From a plasmid, in sequence record NZ_CP020429.2: DNA of 64,000 nucleotides. One strand, 5' to 3'. Positions 60,319 through 64,000 of the stretch are shown here, one piece after another (position 1 is the stretch's first letter; every line of letters starts with the position of its first letter). The notes beneath the pieces were generated by a model that had not been told where the DNA came from, did not search any database, and saw only the letters and a list, made by a program, of their open reading frames with translations. A program made the translations under genes and the position numbers.

Positions 60319-60463
60319 ATGAAGTATTGATTGCACTTATGTTGTAAAATAAATCTCTTAAAATGCCACACTGCCTTTATTATGCATATTCACATTTTTT
60401 GTTTTGATTTTATCCTTCTTAGTGATAAAATGATTTATGACTATTATATTAAAGAGGATAATT

Positions 60464-61333
60464 ATGAGTACATTATTAGCATCTAGAATAAAAAATAGAA
60501 GAAAAGAATTAAAGATGTCACAAAAAGAGTTGGCGGAAGGAATTTGTAAACAAGGACAAATTAGTCGGCTAGAAAATGGAGAATATATTCCTGGGTCAGT
60601 GCTTCTTTATGAATTATCTCGAAAATTAAAGGTTAGTATGGATTATTTCTTTGATGAGCAAATTTCAAGTGAAAGTAACGAACTCAACAATTTCAAAAAG
60701 TTATCAAAGACTTTTATTATGGATAGAGATTACGAGTCTTTAAATTACATCTATGAATTGGAAAAGGAAACCTCCCATCGTTTATCATTGTCAGATAAGA
60801 TATACATGGAATGGATTGAATCACTTATAGACTTTTACTTTTATCACAAAAAAGGAGATGGGATTTTTAAGTTGGAAAAAGCTATTAAGCAACTTAAAGA
60901 GACTGATATACACTATCTTCAAATTTTAAATAGTTTATTTAATTTCTATTATGAGACAGATAACTTGGATCGTTTTAAGGAAATTGAAAATGATTTGTCT
61001 GCAAGAGTTGAGCAACTGAGTTTAACAACAATAGAAGAGTTAGAATTAGCCATTAAGTTCAATTATAATTTAGGACGCTATTTATGGCTCCAGAGTAAAA
61101 CTGAAGAGGCTATTAAAAAACTAACTCTAACTATAAAATTATGTAAAGAGTTCAATTCGACTTATTTACTTGCAGATTTGTATCTATTATTAGGCAACAT
61201 TTGTGAAGATTTTTCCGATCAAAGTGAAGCTAGAAAATATTTTGATAATGCTCTCTATATCTACAGGCACCTAGATGACAATAAGGAAATGGCTTTAAGA
61301 GTTGAGCATTACATATCGAAGATGTTCAAATAA
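60464..61333 (+). CDS. Rgg/ComR-like (RNPP-family) transcriptional regulator
   Basis: N-terminal XRE HTH LKMSQKELAEGICKQGQISRLENGEYIPGSVLLYELSRKLKVSMDYFF, helical TPR-like C-terminal domain, about 290 aa. Confidence 0.75.
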   Translation: MSTLLASRIKNRRKELKMSQKELAEGICKQGQISRLENGEYIPGSVLLYELSRKLKVSMDYFFDEQISSESNELNNFKKLSKTFIMDRDYESLNYIYELEKETSHRLSLSDKIYMEWIESLIDFYFYHKKGDGIFKLEKAIKQLKETDIHYLQILNSLFNFYYETDNLDRFKEIENDLSARVEQLSLTTIEELELAIKFNYNLGRYLWLQSKTEEAIKKLTLTIKLCKEFNSTYLLADLYLLLGNICEDFSDQSEARKYFDNALYIYRHLDDNKEMALRVEHYISKMFK

Positions 61334-61357
61334 CTACATTTTATTTTCTCTATATTA

Positions 61358-61402
61358 TAAAAAGCTTGAGATATACCTTTAAAGTATGTTTCAAGCTTTT
61401 TA
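61358..61402 (+). terminator. rho-independent terminator
   Basis: AAAAAGCTTGAGATATACCTTTAAAGTATGTTTCAAGCTTTTT. Confidence 0.65.
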
Positions 61403-61690
61403 TTTCTTATTTAGCACACTGTACATCAAAGGTTTGAAATAAAGAACATATTCTTTTTAGATAAAAAACACCTGAAATATATACAAATAAATATATTATT
61501 ACATAAAATAAAAAAACGTAATATATTATATTGACATATTATAATCGGAATGATATTCTATGTTCAACAAATTTGAATAAGGAAATTGCTTTATACTTAG
61601 CGTCATTTTTGAATAATAAACTTCTAAAAAATTATATGTTATTATTTATTGAAATATTTGATTTTTCTGACATGTTAAAAGGAGAGATTA

Positions 61691-63280
61691 ATGAAATCTG
61701 TTTATCAAGTTGTTAAAAAAGATATCCAAGTATATTCAATACTTACTATCTTATTGTCTATTGCAATGGTAAGTGAAGCCTATTTGATGCAACTAATCAT
61801 TGATTCTATCAAACTTGGAGTGGGGCGCTATGTTGTTACATCTATTTTTGTAGTTGTGTTCTTGTTGATTCAAACACTTATCTACTATTTTCAACAATCA
61901 CTGACAGCAATCATTAGTAAGAAATCTGCATATGCTTATAGGAATGTTATTTTCCAAGGTATTCAGAAAACACCTTTAGAGTTACTCACAGGAAATAAAA
62001 ATGACAAACTTCTAGCCTCATTAACTACTCAAATAGATCAAATTGAATTTAATTATTTTTATTCCATATACTGGGGTGGCTACTTAATCTGCCAATTAGT
62101 TATTGCTATAATTGTTTCTCTCTATCTTAATCCTTTATTAGCAGCTTTAACTCTGATTTTAAGTTTACCAAATCTTTTTGTAGCTATACTCTTTAAAACT
62201 CCTTTAGAAAAGAAACAAGAAGAGTTAATTGACACTACTAATACTTCAGTATCAGCTATTCAAGATCTTATCGAAGGTATACCTGATTGGAAAATTGCCA
62301 ACAAGAGTTTTGACATTAATAGAGTCTTTGATATTCAAACTTTAAAGTTACTTAAACGCCAAACAAATGTTGAAAAATCTCAATATGTTGTTGTCAGTTT
62401 AAATCAGCTGTTTTCAAATGTTCTTTATTTCGGTAGTTGGATTATTGGGGGACTATTAATCATAAATAGTCAACTGACATTAGGGAGTTTAATAGCATTC
62501 TCACAATTATTAGTCAGGATCTCTTACCCAATATATGCTTCTTCTGATTTGTTAGCTAAATTTATTAGTGGTAAGAAAACTATAGAGACTCTTTCTACTG
62601 AATTTCAAATTATAGAGGAAAATCTTAATACTCTGGAACATATTGAAGTTATATCATTTGATAATTTTCGTTTTAAAAATAATTCGGAAGCTATCCCTTT
62701 TAATGGGCAGTTTTATAAGCATAAGAAGTACCTATTAAAAGGGAAGAGTGGAACTGGTAAAACCACACTATTAAAAGCAATCCTACGAGAGTATAACGAT
62801 TACACAGGAACAGTTAAAATTAATGGTATTGATGTTAAAATTATCAAAGAGAGTAGTATCTTTGATAATGTAGCTTATGTACCCCAACACCCTCATATGT
62901 TCAATGCAAAACTTCGTGATAATCTTACTCTATTTTCTGAGGATGTTTCAGAAGAGGAACTATTTGAGACATTGAAATTTGTAGAATTATCTAAGTGGGC
63001 TAATAGAGAGTCTTTAGAGTTAATGCTTTCAAATGATACTATAAAACTTTCAGGAGGAGAAGCCAAGAGAATTGCTTTGGCAAGAGCCTTATTGATGAAG
63101 ACGGATATCTTATTTTTAGACGAATTTTCTTCTGGTATTGACCTTGAAACGTTATCAAAAATAGAGAATCGACTTTTACAAACGAGTAAATTAATTATTT
63201 ACATCACACATGTAGACACCGATAGAATTATCCAACAATTTGATGAAATAATAGATTTGAATGAGTTTGTAGACTTATAA
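61691..63280 (+). CDS. ABC exporter, fused 6-TM permease + ATPase (peptide/drug export type)
   Basis: Walker A GKSGTGKTT, signature LSGGEAKR, Walker B ILFLDEFSSGID. Confidence 0.8.
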   Translation: MKSVYQVVKKDIQVYSILTILLSIAMVSEAYLMQLIIDSIKLGVGRYVVTSIFVVVFLLIQTLIYYFQQSLTAIISKKSAYAYRNVIFQGIQKTPLELLTGNKNDKLLASLTTQIDQIEFNYFYSIYWGGYLICQLVIAIIVSLYLNPLLAALTLILSLPNLFVAILFKTPLEKKQEELIDTTNTSVSAIQDLIEGIPDWKIANKSFDINRVFDIQTLKLLKRQTNVEKSQYVVVSLNQLFSNVLYFGSWIIGGLLIINSQLTLGSLIAFSQLLVRISYPIYASSDLLAKFISGKKTIETLSTEFQIIEENLNTLEHIEVISFDNFRFKNNSEAIPFNGQFYKHKKYLLKGKSGTGKTTLLKAILREYNDYTGTVKINGIDVKIIKESSIFDNVAYVPQHPHMFNAKLRDNLTLFSEDVSEEELFETLKFVELSKWANRESLELMLSNDTIKLSGGEAKRIALARALLMKTDILFLDEFSSGIDLETLSKIENRLLQTSKLIIYITHVDTDRIIQQFDEIIDLNEFVDL

Positions 63281-63327
63281 AACAATGACACTCTTAAAAA
63301 CTCGACTTGACATGTTCTATGACACCC

Positions 63328-63468
63328 CAAAAGTTAGACAGAAAAATCTAACTTTTGGGGTGTTTTATAATGAAATTAACTTATGAAGATAAAGTTCAAA
63401 TATATGAATTGAGAAAGCAAGGAGAGAGCTTTAGACAGCTTTCAAATCAATTTGTTGACGGAAAATGA
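63328..63468 (+). pseudogene. IS3-family orfA N-terminal remnant preceded by 17-bp perfect hairpin
   Basis: ACACCCCAAAAGTTAGA..TCTAACTTTTGGGGTGT then MKLTYEDKVQIYELRKQGESFRQLSNQF... (HTH of IS3 OrfA) ending after 32 codons. Confidence 0.55.
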
Positions 63469-64000
63469 AATTAACGGTAGTATATTTATATCGAATTGGG
63501 GCGTGCTTGTCACGTCTGGGAGGGTCTGATGCGTCAGTCCTCCCGTTTTTATATTTATGATTATTGTTTTGAAGCTATCAGATGTTCTACTGATAGCTTC
63601 TTTTCTTTTTGTTCTCAATTTCTGTGATAATAAAATCAAGCCTTCTTTTTTATGAAGGGATAAGAGTGACAACTTGTTACTACACATCAAAAGAAAAGAA
63701 GGTTTTCTATGACAAAACAAATCCATCATCACTTTTTAGTGAATCAGGAAAAAGGTGAAAAGCACGTTTTCCGTAAAAGTAAAAAGTATCGTACCTTGTG
63801 TTCAGTTGCCCTGGGAACGGTGGTGACAGTTGCTGTCGCTTGGTGCAAGGATTTCAAGCATCTGAAGAATACCAAGCTTACAAGAAACTAAAGGAACATT
63901 ATGTGGAAGTGATGGGGGATTACAGTTTTTCTATACGAGAACTCACTAGCCAATTGGAAGTCGCTCTTCAGAATCATCGAGATGTTGAGTTTGAAGAACA

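Noticed and set aside
60280-60348. 22-aa ORF MITRIKLSCFCSFNEVLIALML with RBS, directly upstream of rgg, looked like a candidate SHP pheromone
   Set aside because: It coincides exactly with a strong hairpin AACATGATAACT..AGTTATCATGTT + T-run that terminates the upstream gene, so it is more likely a terminator than a gene. It remains a low-probability alternative.
63709-63960. 60-aa ORF MTKQIHHHFLVNQEKGEKHVFRKSKKYRTLCSVALGTVVTVAVAW... resembling a streptococcal surface-protein signal peptide, continuing in another frame to the window end
   Set aside because: It appears frameshifted and truncated by the window edge. There is insufficient sequence to call it.

Overview
Low-GC Firmicute sequence, most likely from a Streptococcus of the salivarius/thermophilus group. 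The evidence for that placement is an S. thermophilus CRISPR3-like type II-A repeat, ISL3, IS110, IS3 and IS30 elements, HPK10/LytTR peptide quorum-sensing modules and an Rgg regulator. The window is almost entirely accessory DNA and is heavily scarred by decayed insertion sequences.

Reading from the left:
- 1-5.9 kb: the 3' end of a tyrosine integrase, a secreted nuclease, a Ser-rich membrane protein and a peptide-less HPK10/LytTR two-component system.
- 5.7-16.3 kb: an uncharacterised block on one strand (with one small minus-strand ORF). It is anchored by a 1012-aa membrane-bound P-loop ATPase resembling type IV coupling proteins or FtsK/HerA ATPases, plus a PD-(D/E)XK-like protein, a membrane thioredoxin and a zinc-ribbon membrane protein.
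- 17.6-29.5 kb: a complete blp/com-type class II bacteriocin locus interrupted by IS30, IS3, IS110 and ISL3 debris. It has an LPXTG thioredoxin, an immunity gene, two double-glycine-leader bacteriocin prepeptides, a GG-leader pheromone with its histidine kinase and LytTR regulator, and a BlpB/BlpA-type exporter.
- 29.6-31 kb, again at 54.9-56.1 kb and partly at 59.6-60 kb: a structured non-coding repeat carrying a perfect 19-bp palindrome and several hairpins. In two copies it precedes an identical 205-aa gene of unknown function, and one copy sits beside an orphan 5-repeat type II-A CRISPR array.
- 33.4-35.5 kb: IS110, ISL3 and a tRNA-Thr(CGT)-like gene.
- 35.5-43.9 kb: a 660-bp ORF-free structured region followed by a unidirectional block of ssb, a Cas4-like PD-(D/E)XK nuclease, an ERF recombinase, radC and many small genes sharing a near-identical ribosome-binding/start region. 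This resembles a leading region or anti-defence island, or a phage recombination module.
- 44-47 kb: an AbiEi/AbiEii pair, a NUDIX hydrolase and an ASCH-domain gene.
- 47.7-52.5 kb: a LanRK/LanFEG-like orphan lantibiotic-immunity module.
- 52.9-63.3 kb: SH3_5-type secreted paralogues, an AAA ATPase, a DUF2975/HTH pair, an Rgg-family regulator and an ABC exporter.

All functional calls rest on motif-level reading of the ORF translations and on repeats seen directly. No database search was possible.
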